NCBI GenBank assembly: GCA_964016885.1
Contig: OZ024742.1
Location: forward strand, 248,248,001 to 248,312,000
Source of the DNA: Eledone cirrhosa
Lineage: Eukaryota
Direction of reading: 5' to 3'
DNA: 64,000 nucleotides
Below, piece after piece: positions 26,555-40,151 of the stretch. The translations under genes were made by a program, and so were the position numbers. The first letter of the stretch is position 1; the number at the start of each line of letters is the position of its first letter. A model generated the notes under the pieces. The model was not told where the DNA came from, did no database searches, and worked only from the letters and a program-made list of their open reading frames with translations.

Positions 26555-26606
<52 letters not shown>

Positions 26607-26699
26607 TATATGTATATATATACAAATATATATATATATATATAATATATATATGTATGCATATATATATGTATGTATATATGTGAGTATATATATATG

Positions 26700-26751
<52 letters not shown>

Positions 26752-26837
26752 ATATATACATATATGTATGCATATATATATATGTATGTATATATATATA
26801 TATGCATGTATGTATGCATATATATATGTATCTATGT

Positions 26838-26870
<33 letters not shown>

Positions 26871-27360
26871 CGTGGAGAAGTAAAATACAGGAGTACAGAC
26901 CGTTAAAACATCTTTATTTAAAATACCACCTACGTACGTTTCCCCCGAATGGGCTTCTCAGGGGCATAATAGCGAGCAGGCGCTACTAAAAACATCCGGA
27001 AACTAACCATGCACCCCAGTCCCGGCATGAATCGTCCGAGGCGCAGAAAACGAACGTCTCGAAACAAACGTTGCATACCTGACCCTGTGCGTATCGGCTA
27101 AAAAATTTGTCAGGGAAAAACTTCACTAACACCGGCCACAGTTATCTCCCTTGACATACTTCAAAATCTCTAAAAACCCATTCCGGGTCAGGTCATGTAA
27201 GGAACGCTTTTTAGTTATTATGCCCTTGAGAAGCCTATTCGGGCGAAACGTACGTAGGTTCTATTTTAATAAACATGTTTTAACGGTCTGTTCTCCTGTA
27301 TTTTACTTCTCCACGTGCTTACGCTCTGCTAATTCTCTCACCCACTAGATATTAACACTT
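26871..27360. repeat. Head-to-head inverted pLTR pair (family I), arms 26871-26970/27217-27315, about 245-bp GC-richer spacer
   Basis: Reverse-complement match; each arm has a hammerhead-like motif. Confidence 0.85.
27223..27258 (+). ncRNA. Hammerhead motif with U3:A8 core variant; mirror copy 26929-26964 (-)
   Basis: cc TTGAGAA GCCT-attc-GGGC GAAA CGTACG TA gg; short stem I. Confidence 0.65.
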
Positions 27361-27479
27361 CTAATCTTTAACACTGCCGGCACTAGTATTGAGCACCTTC
27401 TGCATACGCTATTTGGCAAATAACTACATGTATCACCTATCCCTCCTTTTCTCTCTCTCGATACGTAAATATTCTCTCC

Positions 27480-27552
<73 letters not shown>

Positions 27553-28847
27553 TACATGTACATAGTACGTATTACATAGAAAGTGAGCGAAAGAGACAAA
27601 GAGCGGGCGAGGATATGTTTTGATAGTTTGTTTTGCGCTCTAGCCTAAATAAAATAAGATGTTATTATCAGCTGTACCCCCATGTTACATTCATTGTTCT
27701 TTTGTCATGTATGTTTATCATTGGCATTAAAACTGTCTGAGTGGTTAACAACATTAACCGGACCAATTAACCGTCCCAGTGCTCCAAATGATTTTCGGTT
27801 TTGTGCTGTACTGTTTCTCTTCATACACCTGTATAACAAATATGTATGTGCTAATGTTTCGTGTGGTTGAGGCTTCAGAATTGATCCCGGTTCTCAGGGC
27901 TTTGAGTTAATTTTCTGCGGAAATAAATCTTACTTATCACTGTTTGCGATAAATCAAATAATAAATAAAATAATAAATTAAATAATAAATTAAAGTAGCA
28001 ACCAATGTAGTATATCGTTTGCGTATCTATGGGAAAATATAGAAGCCTGTATTTGCATGTCCCGAGAGACATCAATTCACGTTACCTTGTCTTTCTGAGG
28101 GTGCTGCAGGGCGGGGTAATATGCTTCCTGTAAATCATCCTTTTTGTGAGCAATGACGTGGTATGTGGCAAAGTTTTTACTGGTTCTTTCCTTCATCCAT
28201 TCTTCCTCAGGTATCCTTGTTTCCCTTTTCATGATCTTTTCCTGGTATTATGGTTTTGGTTAATTCATCAGATTTCTGTTTGGGAGACTAAGTACATTGT
28301 TTCAAGTGTAAAAGAAATTGTAGAAACATCTGTATAATTCAAATATCAGTTGACATTACACCTAAAACAATCGTAAATTTGTTATTTATAAAGTTTCTCT
28401 AATTCAATGTATATCTTTTAATAACTATGTGTATCTGTCAGTCTAGAGTTTAGAGATAGCAGCCCAATCTACACCTAATCCTCTTACCGGAAAAAAAGCG
28501 TACGACGGATACATTAGATAATAATCCTACATATGAAATTAAAGGCAGAATAATAATTGTTGTTTAGGACCAAATTTGAACTGAATTTAATCAACATGAA
28601 CAAAAGCAATATCAGTTTCCTTTCGATATAGTAGCCAAATCTGCTTCATATTATATCATAGAGCCTTTTAGTGTTTTACGACAGAGAGGAAACCACAATA
28701 ATAGCTTATGAACTGTCTTGCTTGTATTTACGTCTTAGTTAAAACATCATAACAAAGCAACACCTGAATATATTTTCACATTTATAATTTTCTAAAAAAA
28801 AAAAAAAATGTGTCTGTTTGTTTATGTATATATGAATGTATATCTAT

Positions 28848-28893
<46 letters not shown>

Positions 28894-28939
28894 CTCTATA
28901 TATATATCCCCCTTCTCGCTCTCTCTCTCTCTCTCTCTC

Positions 28940-29006
<67 letters not shown>

Positions 29007-31460
29007 ATTCTCATTAAACTAGCTCATCGGGATCTACGAACACTTAAATTAATATTAAGGATATATTACCCTCAATTGTACATCGTAAGCATCCATTGGG
29101 GCCGGTGTAAAATGTCATAATGACCTAAGAGACAATCTAAGTTTAAAGGGAAATAACTGCACCTAGAATTTAATTTGGTTAGTAAACAAATATCCTGCGG
29201 TAGCCCCCCAAAAAATATAATAGTAAAAATAAAAGTTATTGTAAAAAACAGTAAAGAAATAAAACGACTGGTAAGTTAAACTATAGGTTTGGATGAATGG
29301 GACGGCAAAGAGAGGGGGGCATTACAAGAGATCAGAAAACACCCGAAATATTAATCCCTTTCGAATATGCGCCCATCAAATTGCATTCAAGTAGGATCGA
29401 AAGTTGTGTGGTAGAACGATTGGAAAATGTTATTGTTGCAAGAGGGAATAATCTCATTCTTGAAGTTTATCAGGGCGATATTGGATGTGAAAATTTCCAA
29501 ACACAAATCACAATTTTTCCGTCGTATATGATAAGGTTTGCTAGAGTAAACTAAATCCCATTTACGGATGTAGTTTATATTTCTACTTTTTAAATCCCAC
29601 ATCTGTTTAACTATAGAAGTTGTGCATCTTATTTTTTCGTTCTTAAAAGAGTGGATGTGTGAGTAGAATATCGCCTTGAAGCAAAAAATAGCTTTGGCAT
29701 ATTAAAAGTGAATTGCGTGTGGAAGGTTGAACCTGATGCACATTTTCTTCTATTATTCTGTATGTTATCTAGCTGATTCTGCAATTCATATATATGTGTG
29801 CCACAACTATTATTAAGAGTATTCTGGTAGTGGTCCGGAATACCTTCAGTATTTCTATTGTGAGGTTTGCCATAAATATTGGGTTTACAAAAGGGGAGAC
29901 TGGTTTTGTAAATTTTCGTCAATATTCCCAAGTATATGCTTAGAATTTGGGAGATCAACAGAAGGGTGGTTATTCTGTTGATTGACATTATTGGTGTTAG
30001 AGCTACATATATTATGGAGCCTTTTTATGTCCCGGTATTTACTGTTATTTGACGTATTGGGTTTACCTAATTTCCTAGATCCATTATTATAAGTATTGTT
30101 ACTACGAATCCTATGGTTATTATTGTACGTTATGTTGTTTCTAGAAGCTTACATGTCTGTGTTGAAGAAGTACATCTTCTCAGCATAGCCTGATCTCGCA
30201 AGGGTTTCATTGGAGTGTTGAGCATTAAGATCAAAAGTCGTCCCGTTATCAGACAGCCTGCAGATCCTTTACAAACGGTTTTGATAATAGATCTAATAAT
30301 AGCTTTCGGGTGTTTTGCAATCTTATAGATATCCTAGTGGTACTCAACAGGCCTACAAGGTTTTGTGGTTAGGTCTAAAGTAACATCTAAAAAGTTGACT
30401 ACCTTAGTGATATTATTTAGGGTTATACTTATAATATAAGTTTTGTAGAATCTGTGCATACGATGTTTAATAACTTCGAGTCTGAAGTTGCTAATATATG
30501 TGAAGTAAAATAAAGCATCACGTCTGTATACGCCACGCTCCATATCGGGAAATTATTTGATTAAATTCTTCAGCAGGAAAAGCTCAACTAAGTCGGAGAC
30601 CTGCACACAGCCGCTCGACTTCATAGTGATATCGAAGTTATTTGGGCAATTAATCCTTGTCCAGTGGCTACCGTCAAATTCTATTAACGTGCATTTAGCG
30701 GCCATGATAATATCTATTTCCAGCCTAGTGAGAATTCGTGTATTTCTTGGCCATTGTAAGGGCCCATTTACTAGGTCAGGGGTGATAGAAGCATAATAGT
30801 TGTCTATATCAAACAGGAAAAATTAGAATCAGGCTTTTTACAGAGGTACTTGAACCAATTAATTACTTGACTGGTGTTCCCCATACGTTACCTTTTTACT
30901 GATAGGTGCGGATAATTCTATCTGGGATATGTTTGCTTGTTCTACCCATATATTAGGCATATTAGCCTAAAAGACGGGTAGTATTGAAATTATCTTTATG
31001 GTCCTAAGGGCAAACCTTGGTGCTTTTGGGATGTTAGGCAGTGTACTTACAAAATCTAATTGTTCGACCAAACATTTACACAGTGTATTCATCTCAATTA
31101 AATTCTCCTAGATATTTGTTTCGTGATATTTACTTACCTCTCTATTTATGGAGGATTCTTAGATTTCAAAGCTCATAGTATAAATGTTTAAGTTTTATCG
31201 GCTAGGACTTGTATATTGTTATGGTTTTTAAAATTAGTAGCATTTAAAAATGGTAGCGTTCAATATTTTGAAGAGAGGATTGTTATAAGATGTTTTTTCC
31301 TGAATTCGATGTATTTTTTGATGAAATTAAACAGCCCATTATCACATCGATCCAGACTTGAATGTGCAAAATCCAAATATGTGTGGTTGTGAGTTACTGC
31401 CATCATGGTTACATGGTTTCTTATCATAAGGAAACATTTTTCCATCTGACTCTTCTAATG
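29007..31460 (-). mobile_element. Near full-length decayed Penelope-like element (RT + GIY-YIG)
   Basis: Minus-strand FDIDNYYASI (RT motif A), FDITM...VSDLVELFLL (B), GVYRRDAL (C, YRDD-like), VNFLDVTLDL (E), then WDLK...W......KPY....KNCDLCL (EN C-terminus); many stops and frameshifts. Confidence 0.9.
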
Positions 31461-31686
31461 AAAGAGTTAATTATTCTAAGCCGGTGTTAAGATAAAGATT
31501 TTCCCCCGACATTTCTATACACTTCAGTGAGAAGTGAAGATGACCTTTAGTGAACATATTGCCAAATTCAACAAGAACCTCAACGCAGGTGAACAGTTCT
31601 CTATATTTATATGTGTGTGTGTGTGTATGTGTTTGTGTGTGCGTGTGTGTGTGTGTATGTGTGTTTGTGCGTGTGTGCGTGTGTGC

Positions 31687-31775
<89 letters not shown>

Positions 31776-32797
31776 GGTATATATATATATATATAAGGTA
31801 AAACAATGAAATAACTAATCAAGTCATTAGAAATATAATTCACTGCTTTACGATCGTTTCTATGTGATGATAATACATCGTAACTATACTTCGATAACGA
31901 TCTATGTAAGGTTAGTTACAAAATATCAGATAAAGAGAATGTTTACTTACATGCATATCACCAGCTGTTGTCAAAAGCAATAATAATTTTATTCAACATT
32001 AGTTTTATGTTTAGTTCTATGACCTTGTTTGGAGGTAGTTGAAGAAGTAACCAATCAGATTCTTTTTTCCATATGATGTTGAGATGAAAAATAATTCATT
32101 TTAGTTGAGGTCATGGCCCGTTGAAAGGAATGGTTGAATGGTGTTAATAATAGAATTGCCATAAAAATTTATTAGCAAGAAAGGGATTGTCAAATTGATA
32201 GTTGAATGTATATGGTATAATGAAGTTTAAAAGGAATGTCAAAATTAAATATTGATTTGTGTTGTATGGAGTTTTTAGGTGAATATAAGTTAAGGTCATG
32301 GCAAAGAAAGATAGTATATTAAAAGATGAAAATTATAATAAGATAATGAAATACAGTAATACAATAATGTAATATAATGTAACACAATATAGTAGAGTGT
32401 GGTAAATTGTACTTAGTATAATACAGCGTATGATATGGCTTAAAATAGTTTCAAGTATGTCTATGTATAAATAATCAAACTCAGATAAATACATGTTGAC
32501 TTAGTCAAAACGCATAACTTTCATAGATCACAAAGTGCATATACCCACATTATAGATAGAGGTATAGTTATATTGATACTCAACCAAAAATATACATACG
32601 CATAAATAGATGCAAACATATACATACATCTACATATGTGCACACAATCATATACACATATATTTAATTATATATATATTCACATATACACACCTATACA
32701 CACACATATATATATATATGTATGTACACACACATATATGTACACACACACACATATAAACACTCATACACATATACTCGCATATACACACATACAT

Positions 32798-32864
<67 letters not shown>

Positions 32865-33169
32865 CGTATACTTAGGAGAAAGGGATACTAACAAATGTTA
32901 CGCTACATAGAATTATAGTAAGTTGCTATTTAGAATATTTAATTAGCTTTATAGTATAAAAATGTTTTTCGTATACGGTGATTACAAACTATAATCAGTT
33001 CCTGTCTTTTATTCAATAAATCGTCCTTAGATTTAGTAATTTCCAAGATCTCCCCTGAACATAACCTGCATTCTCACCTGTTCCTAAGTTATGGAATTCT
33101 TTGTAGAATGGTGTTCCACGATAGCTTGGAATCTATTTTTTTTCTTTTTATAGTTATTGACTGCTTCAG

Positions 33170-33217
<48 letters not shown>

Positions 33218-33305
33218 AATGACTTCTAAAGGGCTAAATGAAATCTATACACTCACTCCTGCAACGTTTCTGAGTAACTTTTTTAACAATAATAATTTTC
33301 CAACT

Positions 33306-33366
<61 letters not shown>

Positions 33367-33379
33367 CATATATACAGAC

Positions 33380-33454
<75 letters not shown>

Positions 33455-33466
33455 TGATTACACATC

Positions 33467-33672
33467 AGTTAGTTCACTGAACCGAGAACAATTGTTTCAC
33501 CTTAGCTGTTCCTCAGATCGGATTACGAGGATCTGAGGATCTGCTAAGGTGAAACAATTGTTCTCGGTATGGTGAACTAACAGTTGTGTAACTACTTCTA
33601 CCTAACTCGTCCCATCGTCCCATGGATTGAGTGCTCTACCACTACGGATATTACCTTCCATTGTTCTACCAC
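33467..33672. repeat. Compact head-to-head family A pLTR pair with two hammerheads (33482-33521 -, 33528-33567 +)
   Basis: Both arms read CTGAGGA...ctaaggt GAAA CAATTG TT ctcgg; the right arm carries the distal extension ending ccac(TA)n as at 26557. Confidence 0.88.
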
Positions 33673-33693
33673 TATATATATATATGTATATAT

Positions 33694-34111
33694 ATTGTTA
33701 TACTTGGGGAGGGTCATATTTGAGTAATATTATTGTCAGAATTAATAACAGGACACACTCACTGTTTGGTTGGTTTTCGCTTCTGTGTCTTTACATCGGT
33801 TAATTTAATTTTTTTTCTTCGGTCCTCAATGTTACCATTGACTGACCAACGGTCAAAAATACAGATATAATATAGACACAAACACATATATATAGTTTAA
33901 CAAAGTTCTATCGTTGCACATCTGCAACATCGTCATAAAAGACACCGATATAAAAGACACAGAAGCGAAAACCAACCAAACACTGAGTGTGTTCTGTTAT
34001 TAATTCTGGCAAAACTATTCACAAATATGACCCTCCCCAAGTATAACAATATTTGTTTCAACACACGATTCCATATCAAAAACCTCGCAAAACTAATTCA
34101 TCGCCGTTATG

Positions 34112-34145
<34 letters not shown>

Positions 34146-34310
34146 TATACATAACGGCGATGAATTAGTTTTGCGAGGTTTTTGATATGAAATCGTGTGT
34201 TGAAACAAATATTGTTATACTTGGGGAGGGTCATATTTGTGAATAGTTTTGCCAGAATTAATAACAGAACACACTCACTGTTTGGTTGGTTTTCGCTTCT
34301 GTGTCTTTTA
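33694..34310. repeat. Three alternating-orientation copies of pLTR family C (33694-33935 -, 33945-34109 +, 34152-34310 -)
   Basis: Shared gaccctccccaagtataacaata and gacacagaagcgaaaaccaaccaaaca; further copies at 34619-34855 and 53806-53960. Confidence 0.9.
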
Positions 34311-34817
34311 TATATATATATATATATATATGTAAAAGTTGTATTTAAATTTTTGGGATACGACAAGCAAATATTTTTATAACTGATATAAAGCACTCAA
34401 CAAATAATTGGAGTAAAAATACGATATTAACAAATGGAAACTATATTTATAAAACCATATTTATTTCATTATACATATTTCAAGGACACCAAGTTAAATT
34501 ATGTTGTGCTTTCATGAGATAAAATATAATATAGAGCAGTTTTATAGATAAATATTGACATACCCTTAAAGAATGCAACCATTACTGTTGGAAGCTCCCG
34601 GATATATATATATATATATTGTTATACTTGCTGAGGGTCATATTTGTGTAATAATATTGCCAGAATTAATAACAGAACACACCCACTGTTTGGTTGGTTT
34701 TCGCTTCTGTGTCTTTTATATCGGTTAATTTAATTTATTCGGTCCTCAATGTTACCATTGACTGACCAACGTCAAAAATACAGATACAATATAGACACAA
34801 ATACATATATATAGTCT

Positions 34818-34858
34818 ATCAAAGTTCTTTCGTTGCACATCTGCAACATCGTCAGTAT
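34818..34858 (-). ncRNA. Hammerhead motif (family C), truncated at stem I by (TA)n
   Basis: CTGACGA t GTTGCA-gatg-TGCAAC GAAA G-AA-C TT tgat. Confidence 0.7.
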
Positions 34859-34870
34859 ATATATATATAT

Positions 34871-35380
34871 ATTGTTATGCTTTGGGAGGGTCATGTTGCC
34901 AATAAGAATTACACGCACCAGTTACTTTCACTCCAATTTATTATAAATTAAAATTATAAATTTAAGAATTCATAAATTTTCGGTTGGTTGGTTCCACAAC
35001 CGGACGGTTGTTCATATATTGTCATTCTGTGACCTCTTAAGTGACTGGGGATTCTTGTCTTTGTTTTGTGCCTCTCCTTTGTTGTGCTCTACGCCATTTT
35101 GTTTTTATATAAAAACAAAGGAGAGTCACAAAACAAAGAAAAGAATCCCCAGTCACTGAAGAGGTCGTGTGACGAAAGAACTTTGACAATATATGAACAA
35201 CCGTCCGGTTGTGGAACCAATCAACCAACCTGAAATTTATAAATTTAATTTATAATAAATTGGAGAGAAAGCATGGGTGCGTGTGTTTCTTATTGGCAAC
35301 ATGACCCTCCCAAAGTATAACAATATCGGTTTCAACACACGTTTTCAGATAAAGAATCTTGCTAAACAAATTCAGAAACG

Positions 35381-35383
<3 letters not shown>
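34871..35383. repeat. Head-to-head inverted pLTR pair (family D, related to C), about 220-bp arms
   Basis: 34871-35095 vs 35113-35325 reverse complement with indels; right arm extends about 58 nt to cagaaacgaaa(TA)n. Confidence 0.88.
35152..35187 (+). ncRNA. Compact intact hammerhead motif (family D)
   Basis: gtca CTGAAGA g GTC-gtgt-GAC GAAA G-AA-C TT tgac; all three stems paired. Confidence 0.85.
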
Positions 35384-35468
<85 letters not shown>

Positions 35469-35566
35469 CGTTTCTGAATCTGTTGAGTAGTCTCCACAAT
35501 ATTACACCAAGATTGACCATACGGAATAATGAATTCTATCCAGTGGTGAACCAACAAACCTAAAAA

Positions 35567-35712
<146 letters not shown>

Positions 35713-36003
35713 CAAAGCATGGTGGTACACAGGACAAAGTCAACGCCAGAAGGGACAGTCTTATATATGATCGGCGACTATTTACTGGTGGGGGTATTTT
35801 CCCTGATTTTCTAAGCTTCAATTTATAGCAATTGTGATTACAGTTGTTTTCTGCGTACGGATGGCTAAAATTTCTTCCATACTTAAAAGTACCCAAGCTT
35901 CGATACCTTATCTAGGATACATGCAAACACTCACACACACACACACGCGCGCGCATACACACATATATATATATATATACACACACACATATATATATAC
36001 GTA

Positions 36004-36070
<67 letters not shown>

Positions 36071-36805
36071 TATATATGAATATATATATATATATATATA
36101 TAAATATATATATGAATATATATATATATATATATATATTTATTTATATATATATGTACGTTCGTATATTCACACTCCTCTGTCAATACGTTCATATTAA
36201 AATCGATTTTTCGAGCGCCACCTTGCAATTGCCAGTTCTAATTACTTATGCAGGGCGTCAAAATAGGCCTGAGTCCAGCGATTAATATATGTACTGTTCT
36301 TAAACTGATCACTTCCACTAGAAACCAATGAACGACGTCAGTCGACAAATTAGAAATACGTGCACTTTTTTCTTTCTTGTCTCTTATTTTATACTTCCGC
36401 TGTTATTTTTGTATTATTGTTATATGAGTGTTACCATTCATTTTTTTCTCTTCTCCTGTGTGTCTGCTTCATTGTGAGTGCATATGTGTGTGTGTGCGTG
36501 ATGCCTTATTGTTTTGTGTTTTATTTTCACTGTAGAGTCTGTGTTACGTTTATTGATATTGCGATATGTGGGTGCGTGTTATTATGCGATTTGTGTCTCT
36601 TGTGTGTGTATATCTTTGTTGTTGTTGTTACTGCGTATGTTATGTTCATTGTTGTGTGTGTGTCTTATTAGGTTTTTCGTTTAGTGTGAGTTTTCTCTTG
36701 CTGCCAGAAACTATTTATTTAAATATATTTTTCTTCTTCTTCTCCCCCTCCTCATTCTTCTTCAACTTCCTCTTCGTCTTATTATTATTATTATTATTAT
36801 CATTA

Positions 36806-37016
36806 TGGCAGTATCGGTAGAGCGTCAGACACCATGCTTTGCAGCACAGAGTTATGGCCATTTACGTTCTGAGTTCTAATCCCGCTGAGGTTGGCATTGT
36901 CTTTCATCATTACGGGGTCCATAACATAAAGTACCAGTCACGCACTGGGTTCGATTTAATCGACTTCCCTTCCCGCCAAAATTGCTGGTTTTGCGCCTAT
37001 ATCAGAAACCATTATT
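36806..37016 (+). mobile_element. tRNA-derived SINE
   Basis: A/B boxes and central domain; preceded by (ATT)n and ends in ATTATT. Confidence 0.85.
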
Positions 37017-37778
37017 ATCGTTCAGTCTTTCAAGAGGTGGTTCACTTCGCTCCTGTAAGTTTCTTCTATTTTCACTGTTATTCAACCATTTGTATTGATT
37101 TTTTCATATCGCTTTGAAACTAAGTAAGCAAGAATCGTTGTGAGCTGGTTCTTTTAGCACTACTTGAAACACTTAGGTGTCAATTCTGTGTTTGTTTTTG
37201 AAATATGTCCCTCAATCTCCTACGAAAATTAAGATGGCGGACCAAAATATTGCGTCCACTAAACAGAATGGTGGGCTCACCATAGAATGGAACGGCCAAA
37301 ATTCTGGAAATAATAACAGCAGCAGCAAAAACAGCAAGAGCAGCAGTGGCAGCAGCAGCGACCAACATTTATTTCGTGAAAACAAAACGGACAATACTAG
37401 TAGTAGCACTAGCAGCAGCCGCGGCAACACGAACAAGACCAGTAGCAGCAGTAGCGGCAGCAACAATTGTGCCACTGAAAAAGTGATCATTTCTTTTGCG
37501 GTTTTGCCCCATAATATAGGGACGGAAATGGCGCTCGCAAGAGCCATGGTGACTAGAAAGACAAATCGAGTCTCTCTAAAACATCCACACGATTTTTTCA
37601 AAGACCAACAGCTTCGTACGGTGACATACCGCATGATAAGCAAATAATCGAATCGGCTGGAGAGAGCCACAGAGTCTCAAATACGGAAGTTCATATAAAT
37701 TGAAGTGAAAGCAAACAGGTGCTTGTGTTTTTATTGGCAGTATGACCCTCCCAAAGTATAACAATATATATATATATA

Positions 37779-38029
37779 CAATGATGTTAAATAAATGGAA
37801 ACTATATTTATGAAACCATATTTATTCTCTTATATATATTTCAAATTTACCAACATTTTGGTACACTATCACCAGATAAAATACGAAGTGTGTTTTATAC
37901 ATTTTGACATAACCAAGGAGAATATACCTTAACGGTTCAAGTTATCCGTTATCCTTGTAGAGTGCTCTGAATCAGTTATAAACATTTATATTTGTTGAAT
38001 TACCAACAAATTGAATATCACTTCTGCTT
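37779..38029. mobile_element. Family B insertion with internal inversion
   Basis: 37779-37940 is colinear with 10420-10575; 37961-38029 is the reverse complement of 10324-10394. Confidence 0.8.
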
Positions 38030-38074
38030 ATATATATATATATATATATATATATTAAGGAACGATCGACTTTC

Positions 38075-38277
38075 GTCAAAATGGACCGAGGAAACAATGT
38101 TTCCGTTGGTCTTTCCAATTGCTAATACTATCTATCGGTCGCAACTCCAGGTAGAAGGAGCGACGTGAAATAAAGTGTCTTGCTCAAGGACATAACGCAT
38201 CGCCTGGTCCAGGAATCGAACTCACAACCTTTCGATTGCGAATCCAATTCTCTAACCGCTCAGTCACACGCTTTCAC
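38075..38277 (-). mobile_element. tRNA-derived SINE (second family)
   Basis: Minus-strand GAGCGGTTAGAG A-box, GAGTTCGATTCC B-box, TGTCCTTGAGCAAGACACTT core. Confidence 0.8.
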
Positions 38278-38317
38278 ATTATATATATAATTATATATAT
38301 AATAATATATATATAAT

Positions 38318-38497
<180 letters not shown>

Positions 38498-38594
38498 CGT
38501 TATTCCGGGTTGAATCGGAGGTAACCACAGTAAGTAAGGTACTCAATACAAAGCAGAGTATAACAGTTTTAATATAGATGAATCTCATCTATAT

Positions 38595-38654
<60 letters not shown>

Positions 38655-38715
38655 ATATATTCTGCTTATATATATATATATAAGCAGAAGGGATATTCAA
38701 CTTGTTGGTAATTGA

Positions 38716-38780
38716 TGAACTGATGAACGATTCCAACCGTGACTAACCCCACTGGAAAGTTTCGTGAAATACTATTTTTA
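38716..38780 (+). ncRNA. Hammerhead ribozyme motif
   Basis: tgaa CTGATGA ACGA-TTCCA-loop-TGGAA-TCGT GAAA TACTA TT ttta; follows a short inverted family B terminus (38681-38713). Confidence 0.7.
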
Positions 38781-39060
38781 AGACTATATAGAGCATTTGT
38801 AGATTTTTCCAAATTGAAGGATAAGTATTAACCCTTAATTTTATTCTGCGTTAAGACTCTATTGGTTTTTGCCCTGGATTTCATAAAATCTGTGGATAAA
38901 ATGTCTGTCTTGACTCTTTTTTGGAATTGAGATTGAATTATTTTCCCATATCTTACGTTAAATATTTTCCATCTTGACGTTATAGTCACTTATATATTAT
39001 GAAATACTGTTGGCTTCTTGCTCACATTAATTTCTCTATTTTCATTTATACATATATATG

Positions 39061-39237
<177 letters not shown>

Positions 39238-39963
39238 TATATTTCGGTCTTGTAATTTCTTTCATTTCTATTTCTCAGGTTAGAAGTATTATTCTACATT
39301 GTTAGTAACAGAACAAACATTAAGACCGCATGTAAGACGTCCCTCTTAGTTCAATCCATCCATCGTGTTGGTTGCGTTACAGTATCTGTTTAGTATTTTT
39401 GCATTCCATGTAGAAGCCCCAGTTTTTGTCAACGGAAACCGTGATGATACTGCCTAGTGTTACGATAAGCAGACAAGCAGTGTAATCTCACGCTGTAAAG
39501 TAACTGGCCTAAAATTGTGATCGTGAATATTCTTCGATAATAAGTGAAATATGTTCTCAACCTTTCATACTCTGCAGTAAGCGTAAATAACGATTGAGAA
39601 TGAGTGATTGTGTTGAGAGGGTCGACCACTGTATTATAGCTAACTTCCAGCAACACCACTGCCAATAATGTTAACATATATTCTGTTTTAAGAGTAAGAA
39701 AGAACAAAGAGTAATTACAAAGTAGTAATTATGTCTCCTAATTATAAAAACAAAATGTGTATAACATTTCAATATGTCTTCTAAGCCTCCTTCATTGATA
39801 TATTAACAATATCATTAACACCCTGTGCTTAATTTACGTAGCACATAGTAATATTGTAAATGTGTCAATGAGAAATTGCTTCCAGCTGCCAGATGTAAGA
39901 TGATGATGATGAAAGAACAACAGCAACACTCCCCCCCCCCCCTCCTCCCCCTACCACCACCAT

Positions 39964-40058
<95 letters not shown>

Positions 40059-40151
40059 GGACACAGTGACCCTGACCACCAGGGCAAGTGCCCTCTCCCA
40101 GTTTTCCACCTTTAATTTAAAGACACATACTCAGAGTAGGCTTATTCACTG

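Larger units (their letters stand above)
25087..26557 (-). mobile_element. 5'-truncated Penelope-like element (family A) with inverted 3' copy
   Basis: Minus arm 25087-26107 encodes thumb/linker (IFDRAAPYYNTAL, WFSHPFSLNVKTNVGKK, CSC) and GIY-YIG domain (LIYEA...HVGMVEGRFKERF...STKLASHAW...LNTRSE); 26108-26557 is the reverse complement of 25453 downward plus about 85 nt extra; (TA)n flanks. Confidence 0.92.
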
